A DNA stretch of 53,224 bases, taken from positions 1 to 53,224 of the forward strand of contig JAUCBJ010000638.1 of NCBI GenBank assembly GCA_032718475.1. Direction: 5' to 3'. Shown piece by piece: positions 24,528 to 38,866 of this stretch. The first letter of the stretch is position 1. Each line of letters starts with the position of its first letter. The stretch comes from Nemertoderma westbladi (Eukaryota; Animalia; Xenacoelomorpha). The notes under the pieces are model-generated. The model saw only the letters and a list, made by a program, of their open reading frames with translations. It was not told where the DNA came from and searched no databases. The position numbers were made by a program, and so were the translations under genes.

Positions 24528-25973
24528 GGGTGAGTACAAAACAAAGACCAAAGTCTGCCCGTTCTGTACAAAACAAAGAAGTAAAGTCGCATTAAGTCCC
24601 AAAGAGCGTTAGGTCCCAAAGAGCGTTAGGTCCCAAAGAGCGTTAGGTCCCAAAGAGCGTTAGATCCCAAAGAGCGTTAGGTCCCAAAGAGTGTTAGGTT
24701 CCAAAGAGCGTTAGGTCTCAAAGAGCATTAGGTCCCAAAGAGCGTTAGGTCCCAAAGAGCGTTAGGTCCCAAAGAGCGTTAGGTTCCAAAGAGCGTTAGG
24801 TTCCAAAGAGCGTTAGGTCCCAAAGAGCGTTAGGTCCCAAAGAGCGTTATGTACCAAAGAGCGTTAGGTCCCAAAGAGCGTTAGGTCCCAAAGAGCGTTA
24901 GGTTCCAAAGAGCGTTAGGTCCCAAAGAGCGTTAGGTCCCAAAGAGCATTAGGTCCCAAAGAGCGTTAGGTCCCAAAGAGTGTTAGGTTCCAAAGAGCAT
25001 TATGTCCCAAAGAGCGTTAGGTCCCAAAGAGCGTTAGGTCCCAAAGAGCGTTAGGTCCCAAAGAGCGTTAGGTCCCAAAGAGCATTAGGTCCCAAAGAGC
25101 GTTAGGTCCCAAAGAGTGTTAGGTTCCAAAGAGCATTAGGTCCCAAAGAGCGTTAGGTCCCAAAGAGCATTAGGTCCCAAAGAGCGTTAGACCCCAAAGA
25201 GCGTTAGGTCCCAAAGAGCGTTAGATCCCAAAGAGCGTTAGGTCCCAAAGAGTGTTAGGTTCCAAAGAGCGTTAGGTCCCAAAGAGCGTTAGGTCCCAAA
25301 GAGCATTAGGTCCCAAAGAGCGTTAGGTCCCAAAGAGTGTTAGGTTCCAAAGAGCATTAGGTCCCAAAGAGCGTTAGGTCCCAAAGAGCGTTAGGTCCCA
25401 AAGAGCGTTAGGTCCCAAAGAGCGTTAGGTCCCAAAGAGCGTTAGGTCCCAAAGAGCGTTAGGTCCCAAAGAGCGTTAGGTCCCAAAGAGCGTTAGGTCC
25501 CAAACAGCGTTAGGTCCCAAAGAGCGTTAGGTCCCAAAGAGCGTTAGGTCCCAAAGAGCGTTAGACCCCAAAGAGCGTTAGGTCCCAAAGAGCGTTAGGT
25601 CCCAAAGAGTGTTTAGGTCCCAAAGAGCGTTAGGTTCCAAAGAGCGTTAGGTCCCAAAGAGCGTTAGGTCCCAAAGAGCGTTAGGTCCCAAAGAGCGTTA
25701 GGTCCCAAACAGCGTTAGGTCCCAAACAGCGTTAGGTCCCAAAGAGCGTTAGGTCCCAAAGAGCGTTAGGTCCCAAACAGCGTTAGGTCCCAAAGAGCGT
25801 TAGGTCCCAAAGAGCGTTAGGTCCCAAAGAGCGTTAGGTCCCATTTCCATTTAAAGGATCAGGTTACAGAGACGTGTTGGGGGAACCACAAAAATAAACA
25901 AAAGTTACAAGATGTTACAAGATTATGCAGGTCTTTATACATTGGGTCTTTGGTTTTTGTTTTATACTCATCC
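24528..25973. mobile_element. TIR element enclosing the 17-bp satellite
   Basis: GGTGAGTACAAAACAAAGACCAAAGTC at ~24529 is inverted to GGTCTTTGGTTTTTGTTTTATACTCATCC ending ~25973. Confidence 0.6.
24591..25843. repeat. 17-bp minisatellite (GTTAGGTCCCAAAGAGC), about 73 copies
   Basis: Uninterrupted tandem array with single-base variants and no unique spacers. Confidence 0.97.
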
Positions 25974-26097
25974 GAGGATCGTCGGATCCGAGGATCGAAT
26001 TATTTTAGGGAGATTAAGTTATTATTGTTTTTGGGGTATGATAATTGTTTTTGGGTATGGATAATTGCTTTTGGTGAGAGAGATGTATATTGGTGCT

Positions 26098-28111
26098 GGC
26101 TCATTCCAAAGTAAAGTACGGGACATTCGTACATAATTTTGAACTTTGATTGCCTGTACAATGTTATCCACAGCACATATGTGCACAAAATTGTGCTTGG
26201 ATTGAATCAGCTTTGATTTTGCGAAGCTTGTGGCGGGACTTAGTCACTTTTGAGAAAACACTAGCTTGTCCAATTAAGGTAAAGTACGGATTCGTACGAA
26301 ATGGTTTTTTTTATTTTATGATTTCAATTCTAAAATTTAGCGAATTGTGCGCAGGTACGGTGTTGAGTTGATGTTTAGGATAAAACTGTATTATTAAGCT
26401 TAAATAAAAATATAAATATCAGACGAATTGCTACATTGCTAATTTTTTACAGTGTGGTGTGTGTGGTAAAGTATGGGACATTGCTAGGTAAAGTACGGGA
26501 CCTGTACGAATTTTATGGTCAAAATGGTCTCTTACACTTAACCTAACAGTAATTTCTGGATAATTAGTGATAATAAAGTGCAACTAAGTATTTCCAACCA
26601 AGATATGGATGCAAAATGTGGGGCGACCCACAAATTTACCCGAAGTCTTAGCATATGGGTGCCCTTGAGGAGTTGTCTGTCATCTGTCTAATTTTTGATC
26701 GCTAATACTGTATAACTCGGTCATTTATAGATGAAATTAAACCAAACCTGGTACGTACTGATAGTCTGCCAAAAGTTTGGAAAGAATCTGAGGTTTAAGG
26801 AATCAAAGGTCACATATCAGACAGTCTGTCTGTTGGTACCGATAGTTTCAAAATTTTGATAAAAACCGAAATAAGTCCGCCAATCATTGATGAAATATAA
26901 CCAAACTTGGTACACATGTAGTCTGTGAAAAGTTTAGAAATTCTTTCCATTTTTCTGAAAATGTATCAATTACTGTACTTACCGATCTTCTTATCTGCTA
27001 AAAAACTAAATTTTTTGAAATTTGTTGTAAAGTACGGGACTTTCTTTACATGCATAAACTCAAAGATTAGTTAACTGAGGAATGATTCTTAGTTCAAATA
27101 CATACTTCTATGCTTCCCCCTACTATCACCCTAAAGCATTATAACACTCCTGCCCTCCAGGTTTACATATATTACATTAATACAGTGCACTAAAATGTAA
27201 TCGCCATTATAATGGTAAAGTATGGGACAATTTCCAATTGGCCGTCATGATGTTTTTGAGGGAGTAGATTATGAAACTACAGGTAATTGTTTCTTAAGAT
27301 GACGCAAAACAAACGTGCTTTGCATTCCACTGGGTGATTGGGCTGAGTTAGACTACTTCTCTGTGTATAAATTAAAAATTTCACTATTTTTTGGTAAAGT
27401 ATGGGACTTTACATGCATAAACCCAAAGATTTCTTGACTGAGGAATGATTCTCAGTTCAAATATAGACTCATATTCTTACGGCCGACTATGACCTTAGAG
27501 TATTATAACACTCATGGCTTCACATATTACATTAATACAGTGCACTAATATAATCGCAATTTTAATGGTAAAGTATGGGACAATTTTCAATTGGCCGCCA
27601 TGATATTTCTGAGGGAGTGAAGATGAAACTAATTGTTTTATACGATGACGCAACACAAATGTGCTTTGCATTCCACTGGGTGATTAGGCTGAGTTACATC
27701 TCTGTGAATAAACTAAAAATTTCACTATTTCAGGTAAAGTATGGGACATCACATGATTAACTTTATCGATTTCATTACAGAGGAATGAAACACTTGTGAA
27801 ATTAAATGAAACCAAAAAAGTTCGAAAATGGGTTTGTTTTTGATTTGGTACATGCTCAGAAATGTTAATTTATTGGTCATAGGAAGTGCCTACAGGAAAC
27901 GAAACTTTTGCACACTTTTATTCCCATTTTGTGCAGAGCAGGTGCATAATTTGTAATTCGACTATTTTTGAGAAACCACCTGTGTTGATACAATTTTTAG
28001 AACTGAATTCATGAAGTAACGATAAATGTTGACCTTAAATAAGTATAAATTCAAAGCTACATCTCATTTTTCGAAATTAGTGGGGAGGTTGACCTTTTCA
28101 TGGAATGAGCC
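26098..28111. mobile_element. Non-autonomous DNA transposon with 11-bp TIRs and 4-bp TSD
   Basis: GGCTCATTCCA (26098) / TGGAATGAGCC (28111), flanked on both sides by TGCT; recurrent AAAGTAYGGGAC motif; internal ~360-bp duplication at 27030-27750. Confidence 0.8.
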
Positions 28112-28950
28112 TGCTACAAAAAAATATATTTGGTGCTAAATATTTTTTTGGTGTGAAATCATCTAATTTGGGGTGGCATTCAATTAGTGGCGTATTTTTT
28201 ATCGCGTCTCTTTAATGCGCGAGGGGGGGGGGGGGGGGGGGACTTTCGACGCAAAATAAATTCATCGTTCTCCAGGCGAGATATTAATTCGCCGAGCAAG
28301 TTTCCCACCCTGTCTGTCAATACCACCCTATACCGACCCACGGTTTTCCGTTACTGAAAACTATTAATGAATAGCACAGTGTACAAGTAATAAGTCTAGT
28401 TCCCATGCACCAGTGTCATGAAATGTAATCAAAAAATCATTGTTGGGGGCCACAGTACAGTCGAACCACGCACCAGTATCTACTAGGGTTGTATTGTAAA
28501 GGAAAAACATGTAACACATCGCGGTACCCTAAAAATATATCGCTACAGTACATCGAAAATACAGTTGATACGGGGATCATGAAGATTAATTACTTACACT
28601 AATCAATCACAGGCATATTTCATGTGCGCATGCGCAATCTTAGGATTCAACTTTATATTTAGAAAATTTAATGTTCAACAAAATTATCATTAATTAATTG
28701 GAAAATTCCGGACTAATTAATTTATCTATTTGATACCAAAAATAAAATTCCGTTGGAAATTCTTATTCCTAAATTTTTTTGTGACTAAAGTCTTGTCTTT
28801 TAAATTGATTGGCTATGCACTCACTGTTTTTATAGTTGGTTTACAGCACAAAATGTATATTATCCACGCCTTTGTAAATTTGCTGAGTTCGTTCGTAGGA
28901 AATTAACTAGTCTGTTAAACAGAAAACATTGGAATAAACTATTTAAACGT

Positions 28951-29487
<537 letters not shown>

Positions 29488-29966
29488 TCAATAAATTAAT
29501 TACCAGCAAAGACTCCTCAAGTCGAGTCAAGATTAATCAGTCATTTGTTAATGACATACAGCATGTATTTATACTGTATATTAGGATTTAGTTGGCATTA
29601 TTTTGCTTATTTTCGGCACAGATTAAGTAATATTTAATATTTTATTTCTCGAACGTTACGTAATTTGAACCCAAAGTTTGAACTTTATACCCGGTTACCT
29701 TTCCAACTACGAGATAAATGTTTCGGAAACAATATTAATATTTATGTTTATGTATAAACATGTAAGAAATTCTTAATAATGTATGTATTAATTAAAGGAG
29801 ATAGTGCAATAATAATATATGTGCCTTCTGTACTAAATTTAGAAGGCTTGTTAACTTACTTATACTTAGTATTTTAAAAGCATTATGATGGTGCATGTTA
29901 TGCCTATAATAAATTATTTTGCTTGGGCAATGATTTAATACTAGAATTATAATGATTATACTGTTA

Positions 29967-30188
<222 letters not shown>

Positions 30189-31236
30189 TTATAATATAAT
30201 AATATACACCCGGGGTAAATTAATTGAAACTGCTAAAATAAGAACTGTAAAAGGACGCACTATTAGTAAAATATGTATAGTTAGTGATATAAAAAATAAA
30301 TATTAATTTAATTATAATAAAATAAAAGTTGATTAGTGTATGGATGCCTCATGGTAGGTTTGCTAGTGTGGATAACGAGGTGCTGCAGGGGCACGCAAGG
30401 TCATGGTAGAGGTTGTCACAGCGGAGCGCGTAGAAACTGCATACGCACTCCGAGGTTCTCGTATGGAATGGCTGGCAGTTGCAGCATAGTTTGTGATGGA
30501 GCCCATGGGCCGTTGTACGCATTACTAGCGAGCGGATTTTCTGTCCGGGGCCCTTCCATGAGAACTGGAAAAACCCTTTCGTTATAATTATATGATGTTA
30601 GACAACCACGGCTTCAGGGGGATTGAGATATTAATATAGCTTATAGCATATATTAATATATGCTAGGTAGTATCTGAGGGAATAAGACCCCATGTCCTAT
30701 TTTATTGCTTTCGTTATAAGTCCGTTTTTATCAACGCACAACTCGGACGTATTAATAATTATGTGACAACACCATTGTGATTGGCATCCTGATTGGGAAT
30801 ATCGCCTCAATTTTGGGATCCGCTGATTTCACCTCCGAGGGGCGGATGTACAACACACTGGAGCCACAGTATAGCGTCAAAGAGTTGTTTTTAACATTTT
30901 AAAGTTTTAGTGTTTTAATTAAATAAAAGTACATTTTGTTTAATATTACTAAATCGTAATTATACTTTATATTACTCCTATCAGACTGTTTTTATTCGTG
31001 CTGTGCACTTTTTATTTCACCTATTATACTATTTAATTAAATTTAATGTAAATCATTTATTAACTTTAATTTTCATCTCGGGATCGAATCAGATGTCACC
31101 AATAAACCAAGGGCTACTTTAGTAAATAACTGGGAATTGTGTACTGGTATATATGAATAGTAATTATTTTAGTAAATAACACATAACATATTATTTTTAA
31201 TAAAAAATATACACGTATATATATTATTGGATTTAC

Positions 31237-34200
31237 CTAGTAGAATAATCGTTAAATACAATATTTCCTTCATTTGGCCAGCTCTCTGGCGGTCTGTTAC
31301 TCTCAATATACCAAGGGGCCTCCTGTTTGCAATCTGTATACTCCTTTAATCTCTCCACGCTTACTATATTTGCTTCCATCTCGGCGTACTGCAACACGAG
31401 TTGCGTCATAGCGATCGTAACACTGAGCGCATAGGTGACTGAGAGCCCGACAACACCAGGGGTCAAATCGTCGCGACTTATAACGGCAAAAAGAGCAGCA
31501 AAAAATACTACAAAAGCCGCCATCGACTCTAGCAGCACTGACATCCAACGGTAACAGCAGATAACCATGAAGTTACATTGGGTGTTGCTGTCGATTGCCT
31601 CCAGGTTCTTATTGATAAAGGCGCTGTTCATTCTATAAGCTCGAATCGTACTCATTCCGACTAAAGTCTGTTGGAAGTTTGTGTAGATGGGGCTTCTACT
31701 CACTGATTCGATTCTCTTCACTTGTCTATTTGTATTGATATAGAAGCGAAGGATAAGATAATATATGATTGCTATTGGGACAAGAGCTATGGTGAACAAT
31801 GGTGTAGCCGTAATTATAATCACACAAACTAGGATTACCATTGTGGCCTGCGATAAAAGAAAGGAAACATTGAAAGGCAACACAACATCGACTGTGTCTG
31901 TGTCCTTTCCAAATCTATTTAGGATTCGACCCATTGGTGTGATGTCGAAGAAACTCATAGGACATCGAACTAAATTGAACAACATATTTTTGTGTAGATT
32001 TCGTGAACTTCGCAATGAGTTTATCGCCAACAATGAAAAAGCAGCCATTGTAAAGCATGAACTTACAACCCCAAACATGCCATATAATCCCAAATAATAG
32101 CCCCTGTCTTCAGATGACTGTGTACCATTTAGTGGCATGCTATTGGTCCATTCCGTCAGCCATAAATCCCCAGCAACAATGGAAATGCTTTGTAAAACAA
32201 AGGCAGCCATCATACATAGAGCTCCAAAAAATCCCATTGACTTAATATAGGCATAATAAACAGCTGTTTTAACCTCCTTTTCTTCTATTTTTTCATTTTC
32301 AACCAGCTTCCCTGCTTTTTCTTTAACAATTTGATCCTTGAAATAAATTTCACCTCTTTTCACAGGATCTTGCCATGGTTGAACGTTTGACTGATGCCGC
32401 TTTTGTTTCGCTTGTTTCTTTGTTTGTATTTCAGAGTCATCTCCAGAAGTAGTTGCCCCAGATTTCCCAGAGTCTCTGCTTCGCATCCGCTGTATTTTAT
32501 GTTTAACAGCCTCTGGGGCAGCATCAGTCCGCAGACCTAGCACAACCTTGTCACCTTCTGCCTCAGATATCTCACTTAATATATCTTCATGTATACTAAA
32601 TGTGATAGGGTCAAGTTCATCTTCATCATCCTCAACATCATTGTCTTTAGAAAATGTCTTCATCAGTTCTGCAAATGGCCCTTCTATACTTATTAATTCA
32701 AAATATGACCCTATTTCTGAAATCGTTCCTTCACTTAGAACAATAACCATATCACACTTAGGAAGAAAATGTATACCATGAGTTACTAGCAGGCGGGTTT
32801 TATCCTTAAGAACTCCATTTGGTCCAATTACTTGCTCAAAGATGTGCCTTCCAACATGGGCATCAACTGCACTTAGTGGGTCATCTAAAATGTAGAGATC
32901 TTTGTTGGCGTAAACTGCTCTTGCTATACTTATTCGCTGACGTTGACCTCCGCTGATATTGATTCCCTTTTCTCCAATCTCAGTTTGGTCACCACCCTCA
33001 AGCAATTCAATATCAGGAACTAAAGCGCATCTTTCAATAGTATCCAAATACCGCACCTTCTCAAATTGAGACTCAAATATTATGTTGTTTTGCAATGTCG
33101 TATTGACCACAAACGGCTGTTGAGGTACATAGGCTAGGCTTGGTATTATTTGAACATCTCCTTCAATTTTTTCCATTTCACCGAGTATAGCCGAAACTAA
33201 AGAACTCTTTCCGGCTCCAACTGTACCCACTATACCAACTAGAGCACCAGATGGAATGTCTAAATTGATATTTGAGAGTGTTGGCAATATATCCCCTGTT
33301 TCCCATGCAAATTTACCATTGCATATCGATACGGACAACCCCAATCTTGGATTATTACCTATGCTGCTTTCACACTTTTCTTCTAATAGTAGAAATTTAG
33401 ACAATCTTTTCAATGATACTTGCACCTGTGTTACTTGTGAAATTAGCATCGGAATTACCATCATTGGTATTCGTAAAAGATTAAACAGAGATAATGCCGT
33501 AAAAGCAATTTCAGCAGTTAGACTGTTCCCCATCATCACGTATGTGGAAAATGATACTAGATTGACAAGAAATGGTGATATGTAAAACAACATCATTGTG
33601 GCTGAACGTAAGATAGATCCCTTAAACAGCTCGTTTAGTTCAATTTCCCTCAGGTTTGTTATCATATTAAACATTGGAAGCTCACAGCCATATATTTTAA
33701 TTACCTTTATTCCTGTGAGTAATTCATTTTCTTTTTTCATTCGTTTATCCTTGAGGCGCATTTGAGCGGCATAGAATTTCCGAGCAAATGTAGCAATCAA
33801 TCCAGTTAAAGGCATCATTGCTATAAGAACAGCCAAACCTGCAAATGCTGCAGGGCCTATCACATTATACAGCAGACCAATCTCTATAACTAGTGTTACT
33901 ACAGAGGCCCATATAAAGGTGCTCAACATTGAGAAGTCGAAAAGCCGTTGAGAATCGAGAGCCATGAGGTTGACAATTTCCCCAGTGCTTGATTCATTCC
34001 TGGATTTGTTGGAAAGCCGCATTGATTTTTTGTATATCATGGATATAATTGCTGCTCTAACACGCAGTCCTAAGCCCTGAGTGAGATAGTAATGGTAGTG
34101 GGTGCACATAGACTTTCCTAGTCCTAAAAACAAAAAAACAACTGCATAAAGATATCCATGCCAGGCAATCTGTTCATCACTGCTCACAAATGCAATAAAT

Positions 34201-35318
34201 TGCTGAAGTATCACTGGGTTCAGGTGCATGAAGGTGATTCCCAGAGCATAATAGAATGATGCACCACAGTAAGTGAAAGCTGAGAAACGCCAGATGGCCT
34301 TCCACAGACGGGGATTAGCTTGAGCTTTCAGGGGGGCTTCATTCGGTGGTGTAGGGATGTGTTCACTTTGCTGATAAGAATTTTGGTATGAAGTTTTATT
34401 CAATAATGATGCAGTTTCGTACGATTTTTGATTTTTATCAATCAAAGGATGGTTCTCCGTTTCTGTATCATCTTGCGAGGTTTTTCGCCGAAAAGCAGAA
34501 CTTGCATGCCTCTTCCTAGGAGCGGGCGCATCACTCACTTTTATAGTCTTTCTTAACTCCTTGTTCCATTCTCGCATTAAATTGGATTCTTGTCTACTAA
34601 CGATATCACATTCTCGAATTGTGTAAAGGTCATCATGTTTCAATGCTCGTCTGAAACCTTTAACCATTATTTTAGTCATCCAAAGGAAAGTGACCTTTAT
34701 CGGGTAAGAGCTTCTGTAATCAGGATTTGAATTCGGGTCTTTCTCCTCAGGGATGTGGGAGTAACGGCCATCCGGGATAAACATTAAAATCAATTCGAGG
34801 AAAGTTGATCCCGTAATGACAAAAAACATGACTACGGTAAGACTCTCAGTGTCCACTTCCATCCGATTCAGAAGAGAGTAAAGATTTAAACTTACAGCCA
34901 GGGTTTGCAAAATCCAAAAAATAAATGAAAGACCTGAAGGTTGGACTCCATGACGCCTTTCGATCTGCATAATTAAAATCAGAAAGAGTAGGGAAGCAAT
35001 TGCTATTGGGGGTCCTGTGAAGTAAACTGGATATACATATTGTGTGCTATTAAGCATTAACTTAGAGATAAGAACGACCCCATAACATATAATACATAAA
35101 ACTATTAGGAATACCCTTAGCAGGTGGACTTTCGATAAAGGGTTCGCTGGCCGTTTTCCTTTTAATAATGAGATAATGTAAAATGGTCCGAAGATCCATA
35201 GGACTACAACGGGTCCGCACATTAGGATAGACCATTGGAAGCATTTTGAGAAATCGGGATCAACATTGAACCATGTTTGGTTTATATTCCAAAATTCCCC
35301 TTCACAGAATTTATTCAT
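31237..35318 (-). CDS. ABCC1: ABCC/MRP1-like transporter, coding exon 1 (TMD0-TMD1-NBD1-TMD2); spliced product about 1591 aa
   Basis: N-terminal FCEGEFWN...PDFSKCFQ TMD0; Walker A GTVGAGKS; EIGEKGINISGGQRQR signature; LDDPLSAVDAHVG; donor AG|GTAAAT at 31236. ABCC1/2/3 group; exact orthologue uncertain. Confidence 0.95.
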
Positions 35319-36234
35319 GGTGTTTCTTTTTTGTGTAGTTCTTCTCCTCTGATAATTTATAATATGGTCACTGTAGCAACCATCTCACGTCGATAAATAT
35401 TACATCAGCATTAACTCTTATTGGTAATAGTTATTTGAAAGATTTTTCTTACATTTTAATTTTGTTGGCCTGACTACAGTAACATTTCAAAGAAAAATAA
35501 CTGTAAATAAAAAATTAATTTAATGTTAAATTAAAAACCGGTCGAGTTTAACATCACTTCACATTGTATTATTCTATTATTATTAGAAAATTAGATTATT
35601 TTTTATTAGAAATTGGTGGAGAACGTGTTATTCAACCTGACTGTCTGTTCAGGTTCTGAATTCAAATGTATTCTAGTTCAGCTGCTCAATCAGGAAATCT
35701 TATAAGATGCGGTATGTAATGCGACAGGCTCTGGATGCAGGAAATATCATATAAACTGGAGAGTTTCGCCGAATATTTGTAAAGTAACCAAATGGGTTTG
35801 CCATTGTGCTAAATATATATTTATTACAACCAACTCAGATAGGGGGGAACTCTTCACCCAATTAAAAACATCCATCCCTCTCCAGGCGAAAATCAGTTAC
35901 TCACAAAATAACTTGTTATGTTCTATACTGCAACCTGTTCTATTGGTGTTCGTTTATTGTTTTGGTTAGAATAACGTGCCACTGTATGCCGCTCCTTTCC
36001 CTTAATTTATAATTTAACATTGAGACGAGATATTAGTTTGCCGAGATAAGTGTACATTCCCCCACCACCGTATCAACCAACTAGGCCCTACATATCGATA
36101 AGATGGTATTGATGTTGCATTATTTAATGGTGCATGGTACTAAATGTAAGTGAAATCTCGTCTTTATCCACCCCATTTGCGTTAGTAACCCACCACTTGG
36201 CTATAAACCGTGCTATAAAATGTTGTACATATAC

Positions 36235-37803
36235 CGTGAGGGGGGGGGGTCATATTGACCGGGGGGGGGGGGGGGGGGGGGGGTCAATATTTCCCCCTCC
36301 CCCTCTAAAATGTACTAATTTTAACAAAAACGTCTAATGTTTTGTTTATACGTAGATTTCTCTAGACGAATACGACCGAAATTTTTTTAGAAAAAATGTA
36401 TGTGGTGGTTATATTGCAGCACCAAAATTACAAGTAGTGAACAATTTTCATATACTTTGAAAGATATAGATTTCGGCCAATTGTTTTTCAATACAGGTTT
36501 TCTGGAGCGCAAAATCCATTGCAAAATGTTTAAAAATGATCTGATTACAATAAATGGCCGTTTAGTCCTCTACGTAGGCAAAAAAATGAAAAAAAAAACA
36601 AGTAACCCGCACTTTTCGGTTTGAACACAAAATTTTTAATTCACATATACGATGCCATAAATTCACATTTTCAGGTTTTCTAGGGCGCTGATTCTAATGG
36701 AATACATTTCTAATTTGCCAGATCATTGCTGCTCGTATTTTCGGCGTAATGTGACAAATTTTGGTGCTAGCAGCAAATTTCGTACCATATCCAAAAAGTA
36801 CAAGTTTGAGATGTCCAGTGGTGTTTTTATTGATTCCATCAGATTCAGGACCCTTATACACCCGTATAACGCAAGAAACAAGATGTTACTATCTATTGAT
36901 CAATTTGCTTATTTTCAAAAATTTGGTGCTGGCACAACAATTTTCACCCACCGGCGAAAAATACAAGTTTGAAAACTCTTATGCAATTTTTACTTATTCC
37001 ATTGTATTCAGAACCCTCACAAACCCGTATAACGCAAGAAACAAGGTGACACAATCAATTGATATATTTGATGGTTTTCAAAATTTGGTGCTAGCACCAC
37101 ATTTTGCACCCACTTCCGAAAAATACAAGTTTGAGATGTCTAGTTAAATAATTATTTATTCAATTGAATTCAGAACCGCCATAAACCTCTAAAACGCGAG
37201 AAATAAGTTGTCTGAAGAATTGAACTAGTGAATGGATTTTCAAAATTTCGTGCTGGCACTGTCAAATTTTGCATATAGCATCGAAAAATGCAAGTTTGAT
37301 ACCCGTGGTGCAACTCATATATATTCCATCGAAATCAGAACAGAACACCAAATAACCCCTATTGCATAAAAAACAGGTTCAAACAATCAATTTCCAAAAT
37401 GAAATTTTTTAAAATTTGGTGATGGCACCCAAATTTGGCTCCCGCCGAAAAAAGCAAGTTTGAAATTTCTAAATTAATTTATATGAATTCCTCATAATTG
37501 CAAACACATAAAAAACCGGTGTAAATAAAAATTAGAGATGTTACAAATCATATTTGATGAAATGTAATTTTTAAAAAACGTCTAAAAAAATGGTCAAATG
37601 TTGGGTTAAAAAATGGTGCTACAGTATAACTCGAAAATACCTAATATTTTTGAAAACCGGTTTCACTATTAGCAAGACAATAGATTTTTAGGAAAAAGTC
37701 ATAAAATTTCATATTCCTAACTGCGTTTGTTTCAGAGATATAATAAAAAACCACGGGGGGTGGGGGGTGATATTGAACCTCCCCACCGGGTTTAATAGGG
37801 TCA
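36235..37803. mobile_element. Non-autonomous DNA transposon with internal ~162-bp tandem repeats
   Basis: G-rich ends with GGGTCAATAT / ATATTGAACC motifs in inverted orientation; about five diverged units containing AAATTTGGTGCT at ~36757, 36919, 37081, 37243, 37411. Confidence 0.5.
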
Positions 37804-38519
37804 ATATACCCGAGTTGAGAAAATCTATCAAACTTGAAATTAGAAACTTGAAAAGTGTTCGTCTGTTGGATAGCTTTTCAGTTGTGTAGAACTGTATTCA
37901 TGTGCGATTGTGACACTAATACCGTGGGCGCACAATACAATCAATTCACATCCCTCGCACTTTTTTTTATCAGAAAACGGGGGATATCAAAATCTGATTA
38001 AATACAGATAAAGTATTCTGCTTCGATTTCAACCCCTCCCAACAATTTGTCAAGAATCGTGCAAGTAATATCCTAAAATAGAAAGTTTAATAAAATAATA
38101 CTTAATATGTTGTAATAGTAGGAATAGAAGGCCAAATTATAAAACAAATTAATGAATCTTGAAATAATACGAAAGGGATATGTTAAGTTTATCTCATTTC
38201 ATATTATATAAGATTCGAACTTTATATGACTCGTAAATATTTCTCTATAATTGTGTAAATATAGAGAAAAATATAACACTCCCTTTTTGCATTATGATTT
38301 CAATAACAATTTCACTATCTCTTGGTTAAATACACAGTACCTTGAACTGGGAGACAGTTTGATGTAAAGGTCATTGATTCGTAATTCACATAAATAAATT
38401 GGGTTCTTAGATATATTACGCGAAATGAGTAATACTCATTTGGGTCATTAGACATTATAATTAAGCCATTAAGCCATTTTTAAGCAATTAAGCCATTTTA
38501 ATTAGGTGGGAGTGTGAGT

Positions 38520-38590
38520 GTCAGGGGCTAGTGGCTGAGCTGGTTAGCGCTACTGATGAGGCCTCTTAGGCCGAAACGAACCTATAACAT
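38520..38590 (+). ncRNA. Degenerate hammerhead ribozyme downstream of a Pol III A box (unit 1)
   Basis: TGGCTGAGCTGGTT-AGCGCTA-CTGATGA-GGCCT(CTT)AGGCC-GAAAC; 3' strands of stems III and I decayed (GAACCTATAACATT versus GTACGTATAGCGCT in unit 2). Confidence 0.65.
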
Positions 38591-38820
38591 TACACCTTTA
38601 ATTACAGTTGCAACAGCTCATCTCCAATTTATTTACTTAATATCACCAGGCAGCAATACTCGAGCTTAATATTTCTTTATTTGTACCTATTTTACTCTAG
38701 CATACTTGAGGCCGTTAGGTCCGCTGTTAAAGATAGAATATATGCAACTTAAGACTGCCCTTTCAATAGAAGTGGATTAGATGGGAGAGTGAATGTCAGG
38801 GGCAAGTGGCTGAGGTGGAT

Positions 38821-38866
38821 AGCGCTACTGAAGAGGCCTGTTAGGCTGAAACGTACGTATAGCGCT
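38821..38866 (+). ncRNA. Minimal type-I hammerhead ribozyme inside a tRNA-like cassette (38795-38887)
   Basis: Stem I AGCGCTA/TAGCGCT; core CTGAAGA (38828-38834); stem II GGCCT-GTT-AGGCT; GAAA; short stem III with palindromic GTAC loop; GUA cleavage triplet ending 38859. Confidence 0.85.

Larger units (their letters stand above)
24200..28196. mobile_element. Old TIR element with CACCAAAA subterminal repeats, hosting two nested elements
   Basis: Left TAGGCTACCAATTAAAGTCACACCAAAAT with CACCAAAA repeats (24200-24480); inverted TTTGGTG repeats at 26000-26095 and 28115-28196 ending TTTGGGGTGGCATTCAATTAGTGGCGTA. Confidence 0.55.

Noticed and set aside
24591-25843. CRISPR-like array
   Set aside because: Contiguous 17-bp repeats with no unique spacers, no cas genes, eukaryotic context.
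30336-30587. GC-richer ORF in ABCC intron 1
   Set aside because: Non-ATG start and no motifs; probably a repeat fragment that cannot be classified by eye.
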